Shown: positions 50,906 through 60,741, counted from the first letter of the whole stretch. The stretch is DNA of 63,038 nucleotides, filler included, from Pseudomonadota bacterium (GCA_043820105.1; 5 parts of 5 records of this genome joined end to end with filler, not necessarily neighbours in it); one strand, 5' to 3'. The notes: generated from the letters alone by a model not told the origin. Made by a program: numbers and translations.

Positions 50906-52165
50906 TTAGTTATCTACTAATCCGTCATTTTGAAATTCAGTAGGAAGCATGCTTTGAGCTCTTTCAGAAATTGCTTGTCCTGTTTCAAAAAGATGAGCAT
51001 ATTGTGCTTTAGTAACATATCCACTGTTTAAATGTTCATTTACTAGAATTTGTGCAAGTTCATCTCTTCTTTTGATTCCAGCATCACTTTGTGTGCTAAT
51101 TGTGTCATTTAGTGTTGTATATTCGGCTGCTAAAGCAATTACTTTTCTGCCAGCATCTGTTTTTTCAACAAATTCTAGGCACCCTTGTTTGTCAGCATGT
51201 GTTCTGTGAACCATACATGATGATACTATATCTCTGCATGAATAAATTTTTTGTCCTTTTGCGCAAGAGTCAAAAACTGTTAAACAAAAAGAGCGTTTGC
51301 CAGAACTTAATGAGTCATAGCTTGCTGTGCATTGTTCAGCTGTTGGCATTCTACCTGTTGAGGATTCTTGTGCCATTTCTAACAAAGACCTATGAGTATC
51401 AGATAGAGCTCCTGAAACACATGCAAATGGATTACCAAGTTCTCTGTTTTTTGCTTCTAGTTCTTCTGGTGTGATATAGCCAGGATTAGTACTTGATTTT
51501 GGTACATATCTTCCATCTGCAACAGCTTGTACTGTTTCTGCCATTTCCTGTTGAGCCTGTCTCTCGGCAAGCATTTGTTGATGGCGTGCTAAGAATTCAG
51601 ATGGAACACCTGGTTTTGGATCATTTTGTTTAAGTTCTTCAAGTTCAGCCATTGTAATAGCTTCTGTTCTGTCAGTGCGCCTGAGTTCCATGTCTTGCCT
51701 GTCTTGTTGCATTCTTTGGGCTTGTCTTTGTCTATCTTCTTCTTGCTCTTGTTCTATGATTCCTCTAGTTCCTTCTTCTATTATTGCTAAATAGTCTTCA
51801 GCAGCACTTCCCTTTTCACTTTCTTTTGCTTTTTTTGCATCTATTAGTGCTTGGCGTCTGGCTAAAAATGCTACTAAATCTGCGCTATCAGTTTCTGTTT
51901 TATTAGAACTAAAGCTAGCTACATCTTCAGCTGTTAAGGCATCTGAAAAACCGATTCTGCTAGCTTCTATATCACTAATGTCAGCTTGTTTTCTTTCTTC
52001 TTGTTTTGCTCTATATTCTTCAGAATCTTGTTGAGCGATTCCCGAAGCATCAATCCCATCTGGACTTTCTTCAGAAGTCACAACTTGTGATAATGAAGGA
52101 AGTAGAAACAATGAAATTAGTAAAATTTTTAAGCTGCTTTTTGAATGTTTAAATAACTTTTCCAT
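50906..52165 (-). CDS. secreted orphan protein with one six-Cys module
   Basis: signal peptide, AGGAG RBS, helical Q/E/R-rich body. Confidence 0.8.
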   Translation of the reverse strand: MEKLFKHSKSSLKILLISLFLLPSLSQVVTSEESPDGIDASGIAQQDSEEYRAKQEERKQADISDIEASRIGFSDALTAEDVASFSSNKTETDSADLVAFLARRQALIDAKKAKESEKGSAAEDYLAIIEEGTRGIIEQEQEEDRQRQAQRMQQDRQDMELRRTDRTEAITMAELEELKQNDPKPGVPSEFLARHQQMLAERQAQQEMAETVQAVADGRYVPKSSTNPGYITPEELEAKNRELGNPFACVSGALSDTHRSLLEMAQESSTGRMPTAEQCTASYDSLSSGKRSFCLTVFDSCAKGQKIYSCRDIVSSCMVHRTHADKQGCLEFVEKTDAGRKVIALAAEYTTLNDTISTQSDAGIKRRDELAQILVNEHLNSGYVTKAQYAHLFETGQAISERAQSMLPTEFQNDGLVDN

Positions 52166-52223
52166 AATTCTCTCCTTGATTAATAAAATTTTGCTATTTT
52201 ATTTTATATTGTTAAATTTATAA

Positions 52224-52312
52224 TTCAAGTATCGTGCCAGGATTGTGTTGAGTGAAAGGGGTAATAAAAACAAAAGGTTGTGTGTTTGGTAGAGACAATC
52301 TTTTTTTCAAAA
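52224..52312 (-). promoter_or_regulatory. sigma-54 promoter with IHF-like site and upstream motif
   Basis: TGGCACGATACTTGAA; + strand AAACAAAAGGTTG at 52268-52280; + strand TCT7CAAAA at 52299-52312. Confidence 0.75.
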
Positions 52313-52337
52313 AAGGGATCGGATGTTTTTGTGCATA

Positions 52338-52378
52338 AAAAAACTCGGTATTGAAAAAGTATCAATACCGAGTTTTTT
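52338..52378 (-). terminator. intrinsic terminator (symmetric)
   Basis: AAAAAACTCGGTATTGA-N7-TCAATACCGAGTTTTTT just after the 52399 stop. Confidence 0.9.
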
Positions 52379-52398
52379 AATTTCTATATATTATTTTA

Positions 52399-53892
52399 TT
52401 ATTTGGTTGAGCAGGTACTATCGTCTTGGTCATATTCCCAAGAAACTATCCAACATTCCATTTCCTTATCATTAGAAAGTCCATATTCTTTCATCCTTTC
52501 AGCGCCAGCTTTTGCTTTTGGATCATCCATAACCATAGTCACTCGATCTGAAAAATCAAGTTCAGGATGTTCTTCTTTTAGTTTCAAAAATTCTTCTTGT
52601 GATTTTGTTTTTGCTTCCTGCTTAATTGCCTGGCAACCTGCTTGTCCGGCATTAGCTTTGCAAGAATCTCTTAATCCTGTACATTGATCAGGAGTAGTTG
52701 GAGCTGAAAAACAACCTCGCATGGTATCTGTGCAACCTGCTGTCCTTGGGTTGGAAGCACATGAAGCAGGTTCTAATCTAGCATCTTTAGTATCTTCTGT
52801 TGAAGCTGTGCTTGCTTCATTGTCAGCTGGGGTTTCTGCTACGGCAGCTTCTGGTGCAGGAAGTATGCCATTTTCTGCCATGGCTGCATATATTTCATCT
52901 GATTTTGAATAAAGTTCCATTGGGTTTTTGCGATACATTACACAACCCAACTCATCACTTGAAGCACACTTTGATTCTAATGCACTACACGTTCCAAGTC
53001 CAATTCTTTTGCTTGGATCTTTTTGGCAATCAGCGATGTATCTACCACAGTATCCGCCCTTATCTTGCATAAAAGGATTTGCTATACAATCTGAAGGATA
53101 AATATATTTCTTTTTAGGTTTTGTTGGTTCTACAACTTCGATTGCAGCATCTTCAGCAACAGCTACAACAGTGTCTTCAATGATTGATGGAGTACAAGCT
53201 CTAGCTGAAACAACAGGAGCGTTTTCTTCTTCTTTTGCTACAACAACATCTTCTTCTTGTGCTGATATATCATCTTCTAATACACTATCAATATAAAAAC
53301 TAGATTCACTACTTGAAGCTCTTGCTGTTTTTGCAGCTTCTTGTCTTGCTTGTTTTCTGTCTTTTCTAGCTTGTTTTCTTGCGTCTTTTCTTTCTTTTCG
53401 TTTATCTTTTTCTGATTTAACTGTAATTGTCATAGTGCCATATTCCACTTCTTCAATTTCTGCAGTAGCAGCGTCAGCTTCAGCAACTTGAACTGGTTCT
53501 GGGTCAGGCATATCTGTAATTACATCTTGGGCAACTGCAACCATTTGGTCTGTCATAGATTCTGATATTCCGATTAGTTGACCTTGTTCTTTTGAAAAGA
53601 ATGGGAAGCTTTTTAATACCCATTTTGTGGCAGCATCGTTTATCTTAGTTCTGATTTGTTGCTCAGATAATTCTTTTGGATTATCAACTGTAGCTAAAAC
53701 TTGATCTGGAAGCTCTCTTAGTTCTTGTTTTTGAGCTTCTGTAAAAGTTACACCTGATTTAGTCTGGGCTGAAGCTATCATTTCCTCAATAGCTTGAGCA
53801 GTTTCTGCTTCATCTGCCACAGTATTTGTTGTGAATACTGATGTTAATGCAAAGACCACCATTAATAAAACTGTTAAACCTCTCTTTTTCAT
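52399..53892 (-). CDS. secreted orphan protein with two six-Cys modules
   Basis: signal peptide ending TVA, AGGAGG RBS, K/R-rich helix, Cys modules. Confidence 0.82.
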   Translation of the reverse strand: MKKRGLTVLLMVVFALTSVFTTNTVADEAETAQAIEEMIASAQTKSGVTFTEAQKQELRELPDQVLATVDNPKELSEQQIRTKINDAATKWVLKSFPFFSKEQGQLIGISESMTDQMVAVAQDVITDMPDPEPVQVAEADAATAEIEEVEYGTMTITVKSEKDKRKERKDARKQARKDRKQARQEAAKTARASSSESSFYIDSVLEDDISAQEEDVVVAKEEENAPVVSARACTPSIIEDTVVAVAEDAAIEVVEPTKPKKKYIYPSDCIANPFMQDKGGYCGRYIADCQKDPSKRIGLGTCSALESKCASSDELGCVMYRKNPMELYSKSDEIYAAMAENGILPAPEAAVAETPADNEASTASTEDTKDARLEPASCASNPRTAGCTDTMRGCFSAPTTPDQCTGLRDSCKANAGQAGCQAIKQEAKTKSQEEFLKLKEEHPELDFSDRVTMVMDDPKAKAGAERMKEYGLSNDKEMECWIVSWEYDQDDSTCSTK

Positions 53893-54022
53893 TTTCTCCT
53901 CCTTTAAATAACCTTTTTAAATTAACTTAAATAAATAATCGACCTTGTTATAATTGTGCTTTTCAACCTTTTATCCTTATAAAAAAAGTCTTTTTTTATA
54001 AGCAAAGTATGAAATCTTATAT

Positions 54023-54111
54023 CGCAAATCTTATGCCAAAAAGGGCAATGTTAAAAAACTGTGATATTATAGTGTCTTATGGTGTTTTTAGATGAAGTCT
54101 TTTTTTCAAAA
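54023..54111 (-). promoter_or_regulatory. sigma-54 promoter with IHF-like site and upstream motif
   Basis: TGGCATAAGATTTGCG; + strand TCT7CAAAA at 54098-54111. Confidence 0.8.
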
Positions 54112-54171
54112 ACAGGAATTTAAAGTGGGTGGCATATTTTTGATCAGAAGTTGGACACCATGTTTTACGTT

Positions 54172-57100
54172 TTAATTAATAAATGTAACTGCAATGTTTA
54201 AGTTGTCACCATGACCGTCAATATCCATTCTTCTTAGGGCTTCATCTCTTAATAGATTTGTTGCTTCTTCGGGAGTTCTTGCATCTTTGATAATTCTAGC
54301 TGCTTCTTCTGGTTTTACAAAATCCCATAAGCCATCTGAAGCTTGGATGATGCGAGTGCCTTGTAGTAAATTAATTTCATGAAAACCAAAACTATCAGCA
54401 GCTGCATTGGGTTTTAAAGCACGAGAAACAATGTGTCCCCACATTCTTTCTAATTCTGGCGTAATTTCATCACCTTGATCTCTAAAACCATTAAGCAAGG
54501 AGTGGTCTTTTGTTTCGTATATTTTAATACCATCTTGAGCAATAACGGTTTTTGAGTCACCAAACCAGAAAATTTCAGCCACAAATTGACCGGGTGTTTT
54601 TTCATAAATTCTAACTAAAGTTAAACAGACACCTGAACTTGGCCCTATTTCTCCTTTGTTTGACAAATTGTTGTATACTTCTATTACAGACTTAAATACT
54701 CTAGTAATTGATGCGTTATTAAAACCTTCTGGATTTTTTGATTCTTCCAGTATTCTTTTTGGTATAAGATCAAGGGCGATTTTCATCGCTCTGTCACCAC
54801 TTCCTCCACCTCCCATTCCATCAATTGATAGAATATAGTAATCAGAGCTTTGAGCATCTTTTCTTCTTAACTTAAATATACCTAAACCATCTTCATTGGG
54901 ACCAGGTTTTTTAGGTCTGGCGATATCTGATACAGCAAAACTTTGAATTTTTCCATTATTAGTTCCTTGAACGAACTCACCAAAGGCAGCAGTTACTTTT
55001 ATTCCAAAAGAACCAAGACTATCTTCAATTGCTTCTGCAGCATTTTTTGCTGGCTTGTTGCTTTGGCTTGGATCTGCAATTTTAACTCTTCTTTCATATA
55101 TTTGGCCATCAACATTCCTTTGAAATAGGCCAATACTATCACCATCTTTTAGATGAAAAGCAGGGTCACCCTTTTTTATAGTTCTTAAATCTCCTCTTGC
55201 TGTAATAATTGCCAGAGGTGTTTGAGTTAGATTTAGGACAAAAATTTCACCAGAATCACTTCTCTTTACCATAATACTGGCTGAATGATCATAGCCTTTG
55301 CTTTTATCAAGTGGAATGAGGTTCAGGTTTGAGTCATTGGTAAAATAAAGAGATTCACCGGGTTTGAGATTTTTTATTAATATTGAAGGATTTGTTGCAC
55401 CTTCAAAAGGTGGCTCAAAAAACGAAACTCTGAAGTATTTTATTGATCCAATATCACTTTCTGATCTATATACTCTATCTCCTTGGGAAAGAGCTTTTTC
55501 TTGTCCAATTGCAAGAAATATTTTTTTGCCATTGGCTTGGATTATAACTGCTGATTGTGTGATGCATTTTATTCTTAAGCCAGTTTCAGTTTGTCTGAGT
55601 CCATATGCTGGATTTTTTCTTGTTACTTTTAAATCTTTATCAAGATCATAATATTGTCCGACCTTTAAACCTTTGATTTTTTTTGGTGTTATTGCCCGAT
55701 ATCTCGGAGCAATTCGATCAATTAGTCTTACAAAAATATTTCCTGAATAAAGTCTATTAGGTCTTGCTTGATCTTTATTTTTCACAAAAACATGGTCATT
55801 CCAGAATAGAGTTTCTGGGGAATCAGCTTTAACGGTATCTATTTTTGTGATTCCATGGTCCACGATAACTGGAAAGTTTGGTGCATTGTTTCCTGGGAAT
55901 ATTGCCTCAACTTCTGGTTTTCCTGTTGCAGAGTTTTTTTCAATAATTATGGTCACTTTGTTTGTCTCACAAGCTTTTTGAAAAGAATGAGCATCTACAT
56001 AGGCAACTTGAGCATCTGGTTCAAATCGGAAATCTGGGTTTGCAGGTAAGCCTTGGTCATTTCTGATTACTTCCCATTGCCCAGTTCTTTCATTTAACTT
56101 CATTTCAGGATACCATGTTCCTTCTACTCCTTCAACTTCTGCTCTTCTCCCTCCTGCTTGCAATGGTTCAACCACTAAAACTGCATCTGGAAAATTTCTT
56201 TGAATGCTCTCTAAAGATACAACTTTAGATTTACCTATAACTATTCCCACAGGCAATTGAACTTCAAGTGTGATTTCTGCTCTTCCATGACTATCATATT
56301 GAATTGTCTCAGGGAGCCATCGCATTGCAAAATCAACAACTTCTTGAGAATCTGCAAATAACTCTCTATTGAATTGTAATTTATCTGTTTGTTTATCCAT
56401 GTGCTTAGATAATTCACCTTTTACATGAGTTGTGCTTAGATCTGATTTTATAAAAGCTTCAGGGACAAGAGTAAGAACACCGTCTCCTAGGGTGCTTTTT
56501 CTCGTTGGTTTTATGGATAATGTATCTTTTCTTAAGCGTTCTTTGTCTGATCTACTATCTTCTTTTGCTGGGCTTAAGGCTCCTCTTTCTTCATATTGAC
56601 CATCTAACCAAAAAGCAATCCTATCACTTTTTAGTATGCTTGTAGTGCTTTCAAGCAATCTAGCTTCACTTTCTGTTAGGGTTTTATAATGACTCTGTTT
56701 GGTCTTTAATTCTTCATGTATAGCAAGTGCTTCACTTAAAACACTTAACTCATCAGCTTTATGGATTTCTGGTTTCATTTCCCGTACAATGGCTTCAATT
56801 TGTTCCCATTGTCCAGATTTTTTAAAAACTGCTAGCAATGATTTTTGTCTAGCAAGAGGAAGGGATTCAAAAAATGCATGTTTTTGTTCATGATCAAATA
56901 TTTCAAGTTTTTCTTGATCAGGCAATTTTCTAAATTCTTCTGTAAAATAAACCTTGCCATCACGTCTATCATAATACGTCTTGGCTTCAAGTGAGGAATC
57001 TTCAATCATTCTATCCTGTCTTTGTTCTGATGATTCCCTGTACATTCTTGCCTCGCTTACAGGTGGTTCCATCATTTTTCTCATTGTAGCTGTTCCCATA

Positions 57101-59274
57101 TGAAGGGCATAAAAGCTAACGAAATTCATTAATAATTCATTCCAAAAACCTTTAAAACTAGTATCTCCATGCAGGATGCCTTCTTTTAATTCATCATATA
57201 GTGTAAAACCAAGTGCCTGAGATCCAATTTCAAGATTCATTTTTAGAAATTTTGACATTCTTGTTAACTCATTTACAACTTGTCTTTGCAATGCCCATTT
57301 TCCGGCTGTTTTAACTGCTGTTTCTCTTATTACAAGGTTTGAACCATTAGAAAAAAATGAAGACGTGTGCATCATTTTCCCAACAGTATTATTAAAGCCA
57401 AAGCCAATAGCTCCAGCTATAATGAACATTTCAAAATATCTTAAATATTCTTTTGGTAAACTTGTTATCATCTGTAAAAAAGATTTTTCATGAATCATGC
57501 CATCTACAGGTGCTTTAAAGGCAGTAAAAAATGCCGTAAATAATAAGGTTCTTCCAAAGCCTTTTATAGCTGTTGTTCTTAATAAAGATTGTCTTGCAAC
57601 GGTTGTTCCAAGTTGTGCTACTTTTGCTGCTTTATGTGCTTTTAATACAATGCTCACTCCTGCTTTTGCTACAACAGCACCGCAGTAAAATAATACTGCT
57701 TCAATTGCAATATCCTTTGTGAACTTTGAAACAGTTTGAAAAATTTTAAGTCCTTTTACAAGGCCAGCTAAATGTACAGCTGTTTGCAGATTGGTTTTTG
57801 AAAGTAGAATTGTATTTTTTATGTTGTCTGGAACTTTAAGGTCTTTTGCTGTTATTGAAAAGATTTCGTTTGAATAAAGGTCTTGCGCCATTGCTTCAAC
57901 ATGAGCATTAAACTCTTCATCACTTGAAAAAATTGATTTTTGCCTTATTAAATTCTTTTTTGCCTTATAGTGTGAGTCTAAATATATTTCATTTCTTTTT
58001 TCATAATCCAATCTTAATTCAGCCTCTATTAATAATGGATTTAGGATTTCTTTTAATATCATTAAACCAGCTTGCAAAGATCCAATTGAAAATCTTTGGG
58101 CTAATCTATCAAGCTTTGAAAATGAGCTATCAACTTCTTTGAGTCTTCCAAATCTATATTTTACTGCTTTTAATACGGCTTCCCCTGCAACACCTTTTTC
58201 TTTGTTTATTGTACTCCAGGCAACATTTTCTAAATTAATATCAGTGTGATTTTTATCAAAAAATTTCATCATATCTCTATAAGCATCTGGATCTTTCTTA
58301 GAATAATCAATAGCATGAATTACTCTTTTTATAGCTATTGGAGTTTCATCATCTGATACGCTGCCAAATAAAGTTTTTAATTCATCACGATCTGAGTTTA
58401 AATCATAAGCCACCTCATTTAGGGCTCTTTTTCTATTTATAGCTTCAATATCATAACCATCTGATGCAAAATTTGATTCGATATAATCCATTTTTATCAG
58501 GCTTGATAATACAAGATTTAAGCTTTCCCTTGTTTTTTCTAAAAAATATGTTTCAAGACCAGCGATTTGTTCATTTAAAAATTCCGCGAATTCATTTTCT
58601 TCACCGTCATTCAAATAGCCTTTTGCTTTTTTTAATGATTTGTAAGAAGCATAGTAGTCTCCACTTATATATTCTTGAACTCCTTGATAGTAGCTTGCAA
58701 ATAAAACTCTGCCTTCTTGTTTGTGTCTAGTTTTTAACCTTTGTGCAGTTTCAAGGTTTTTTTGTTTGGATTCTTCGATTGCTTGAATTGCTTCTTTTTG
58801 AATTTCCTGAGTTTCAACATACTTATCAATTAATTCATCTGCGTTACTAGCAGTAATCCACTCTGGAGAAAGTTCTTCTATGTTACTTGTTAAGCCAGTA
58901 AACCAGGATTGTGCTCTATCAACATTTTCAAAAAAACTTGCTTCATCTGAATTATCTATTTCCATGATTATCTTAGAAAGTGTTTCTTTGTGTGTTGTTC
59001 TGTGAATAGAAAAATATGCCTTTTTAGTGAAATCCCACTTATTTGTTTTTTCCAGGCGATTCCTAACTTTTTCATATCGTTTTTCATAATATTGAATTGA
59101 TTCAAGATCTCTTGTGATTCTTGATTCATCCAAACCAAGAGTTCTTGCCTTTAGTTGTAGCTCATCACTTATAGTTGTGAAATTTTTTGAATATAAGGTG
59201 TTAAATGGAATCAGAATATAAATTAGAACACAAAATAATATTATACTAATAGAATTAGATTTTCTGATAAACAT
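54172..59274 (-). CDS. giant secreted multidomain protein with C-terminal PP2C (PPM) phosphatase
   Basis: start MFIRKS with AAGGAG RBS; signal peptide; hydrophobic central helices; HEQKH; FHA-like beta domains; NED, IDGMGG, GDS, DHS, ASDGLWD, GDN motifs. Confidence 0.85.
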   Translation of the reverse strand: MFIRKSNSISIILFCVLIYILIPFNTLYSKNFTTISDELQLKARTLGLDESRITRDLESIQYYEKRYEKVRNRLEKTNKWDFTKKAYFSIHRTTHKETLSKIIMEIDNSDEASFFENVDRAQSWFTGLTSNIEELSPEWITASNADELIDKYVETQEIQKEAIQAIEESKQKNLETAQRLKTRHKQEGRVLFASYYQGVQEYISGDYYASYKSLKKAKGYLNDGEENEFAEFLNEQIAGLETYFLEKTRESLNLVLSSLIKMDYIESNFASDGYDIEAINRKRALNEVAYDLNSDRDELKTLFGSVSDDETPIAIKRVIHAIDYSKKDPDAYRDMMKFFDKNHTDINLENVAWSTINKEKGVAGEAVLKAVKYRFGRLKEVDSSFSKLDRLAQRFSIGSLQAGLMILKEILNPLLIEAELRLDYEKRNEIYLDSHYKAKKNLIRQKSIFSSDEEFNAHVEAMAQDLYSNEIFSITAKDLKVPDNIKNTILLSKTNLQTAVHLAGLVKGLKIFQTVSKFTKDIAIEAVLFYCGAVVAKAGVSIVLKAHKAAKVAQLGTTVARQSLLRTTAIKGFGRTLLFTAFFTAFKAPVDGMIHEKSFLQMITSLPKEYLRYFEMFIIAGAIGFGFNNTVGKMMHTSSFFSNGSNLVIRETAVKTAGKWALQRQVVNELTRMSKFLKMNLEIGSQALGFTLYDELKEGILHGDTSFKGFWNELLMNFVSFYALHMGTATMRKMMEPPVSEARMYRESSEQRQDRMIEDSSLEAKTYYDRRDGKVYFTEEFRKLPDQEKLEIFDHEQKHAFFESLPLARQKSLLAVFKKSGQWEQIEAIVREMKPEIHKADELSVLSEALAIHEELKTKQSHYKTLTESEARLLESTTSILKSDRIAFWLDGQYEERGALSPAKEDSRSDKERLRKDTLSIKPTRKSTLGDGVLTLVPEAFIKSDLSTTHVKGELSKHMDKQTDKLQFNRELFADSQEVVDFAMRWLPETIQYDSHGRAEITLEVQLPVGIVIGKSKVVSLESIQRNFPDAVLVVEPLQAGGRRAEVEGVEGTWYPEMKLNERTGQWEVIRNDQGLPANPDFRFEPDAQVAYVDAHSFQKACETNKVTIIIEKNSATGKPEVEAIFPGNNAPNFPVIVDHGITKIDTVKADSPETLFWNDHVFVKNKDQARPNRLYSGNIFVRLIDRIAPRYRAITPKKIKGLKVGQYYDLDKDLKVTRKNPAYGLRQTETGLRIKCITQSAVIIQANGKKIFLAIGQEKALSQGDRVYRSESDIGSIKYFRVSFFEPPFEGATNPSILIKNLKPGESLYFTNDSNLNLIPLDKSKGYDHSASIMVKRSDSGEIFVLNLTQTPLAIITARGDLRTIKKGDPAFHLKDGDSIGLFQRNVDGQIYERRVKIADPSQSNKPAKNAAEAIEDSLGSFGIKVTAAFGEFVQGTNNGKIQSFAVSDIARPKKPGPNEDGLGIFKLRRKDAQSSDYYILSIDGMGGGGSGDRAMKIALDLIPKRILEESKNPEGFNNASITRVFKSVIEVYNNLSNKGEIGPSSGVCLTLVRIYEKTPGQFVAEIFWFGDSKTVIAQDGIKIYETKDHSLLNGFRDQGDEITPELERMWGHIVSRALKPNAAADSFGFHEINLLQGTRIIQASDGLWDFVKPEEAARIIKDARTPEEATNLLRDEALRRMDIDGHGDNLNIAVTFIN

Positions 59275-59320
59275 AATTTCTCCTTGATTTGAAACTATTT
59301 TTTCATTTTCAAGGATTATA

Positions 59321-59409
59321 TTCAAATTCCATGCCATAGGTTGAAAATGGATAAATATGTAATAAATCAATATGATACTGAGTTGAAAGAGGCAGTCTTT
59401 TTTTCAAAA
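59321..59409 (-). promoter_or_regulatory. sigma-54 promoter with IHF-like site and upstream motif
   Basis: TGGCATGGAATTTGAA; + strand AATCAATATGATA at 59365-59377; + strand TCT7CAAAA at 59396-59409. Confidence 0.75.
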
Positions 59410-59461
59410 GTGGGAGTTAAAGTGGGTGGCATATTTTTGATCAGAAGTTGGACGCCATGTT

Positions 59462-60565
59462 TTACTTTAATTTATCTTTAACATAATCTTTTGTTTGATA
59501 GTCTATTGTATTTTCAGCGGTGAAATCCACTATAGATGTATAGGTTGGACCAATGATTAAGCTGATTTTTTCCTGAGCTTTTGTTAAAACTCTTTGGACT
59601 AGGGCCTGCTGCCTTTGGGATAGTTTTTTAAAAGCCTTGTCTCCAAAATGTAAGACTCCATTTTTGACGACCGGTTTACCTGCTGAATATGCTTTTCCAA
59701 CTCCCATGCCTAAAGCCTGTAAGACCATGTAGGAAGCTATATCCCAGGTCTTCTTAATCATGTTTTCTTTTTTTCTTCTTACATCAGCCCCAGTGGCAAG
59801 ACCGGTTTCAGCTAGCCTTTTAGTGGTTTTATATTCATCATAGGTTCTTTCAAGGGCTGTAGTTAAATAAGTCAGATCAGCAGCAATGGTTACCCCCGCA
59901 CCATATGGTAAAAAGGCTGCAATAGTTGAGGCCTTTAAATAGATCTTTTTCATTTCAGGTGAGATAACATCTTCAGCTATTACATTGCTTTGTTTTAATC
60001 TGCAAAAAGATGCTGCGTGTTTTTGTCTGTTTAAGGAGTCTTTAAAAAAATTGGCCGCTATTGTATCATTCAGCATATACACATATGTGGACCTGCTGCT
60101 ATCGAGTTCCAGATTTTCATCTACATAAGATTGCAGTTCTGTGCCCGAAAAACCCTGATTCTTCCCTTCTTTTAGTACATGTCCCTCTAGATACGTTTTA
60201 AGATCATTTTTATAGGATTTTAATGCGGCACTTTTCTCAGATCTGCTAGCTGTTTTATTATAATATTCTACTTTTGCTTTTATTTCAGGATCATTGCAAA
60301 CTGCCAAAACAGCATCATCCACTGATTCAACTCCTCTAAGTTCAAAATAAAGTTCATCAACACAAATCTGATCATAATCAAAAGCAGGAGGATAATACCC
60401 GGAATCGGAAATGGCTTTAAAACAGCATGGATCATTTATAGAGCCATTATTTCTGCATAGACTGCACATCTGATGTATTGCGCTAGGATAAATTTCTCCA
60501 ATAGCCAGTAATATAATTAGTATATTTAAGGCCGCAAAGTAAATTGATTTCACTGAAAATCTCAA
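59462..60565 (-). CDS. secreted orphan protein with C-terminal amphipathic/hydrophobic hairpin
   Basis: TTG start with AGGAGG; Cys-rich N-terminus; IAAFLPYGAGVTIAA..VLQALGMGVGKA. Confidence 0.78.
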   Translation of the reverse strand: MRFSVKSIYFAALNILIILLAIGEIYPSAIHQMCSLCRNNGSINDPCCFKAISDSGYYPPAFDYDQICVDELYFELRGVESVDDAVLAVCNDPEIKAKVEYYNKTASRSEKSAALKSYKNDLKTYLEGHVLKEGKNQGFSGTELQSYVDENLELDSSRSTYVYMLNDTIAANFFKDSLNRQKHAASFCRLKQSNVIAEDVISPEMKKIYLKASTIAAFLPYGAGVTIAADLTYLTTALERTYDEYKTTKRLAETGLATGADVRRKKENMIKKTWDIASYMVLQALGMGVGKAYSAGKPVVKNGVLHFGDKAFKKLSQRQQALVQRVLTKAQEKISLIIGPTYTSIVDFTAENTIDYQTKDYVKDKLK

Positions 60566-60611
60566 TAGATGCTCCTCCTTGAATATACTTTGCTAATTAA
60601 ATTGTTTTTGT

Positions 60612-60699
60612 TTCAATAATTGTGCCAGACATGCTATGGTCGATTGAGCCTTATATAACAAAATGTTACATGGACAATGTGGAATTCTTTTTTTCAAAA
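60612..60699 (-). promoter_or_regulatory. sigma-54 promoter with IHF-like site and upstream motif
   Basis: TGGCACAATTATTGAA; + strand TAACAAAATGTTA at 60656-60668; + strand TCT7CAAAA at 60686-60699. Confidence 0.75.
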
Positions 60700-60741
60700 C
60701 CAGGAATTAATATATTTTTAATTATGGGAATTGTTTAAAAT

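Noticed and set aside
59275-59370. First 32 codons of the 1732-aa ORF
   Set aside because: They overlap the sigma-54 promoter; RBS and signal peptide support a start at 59274
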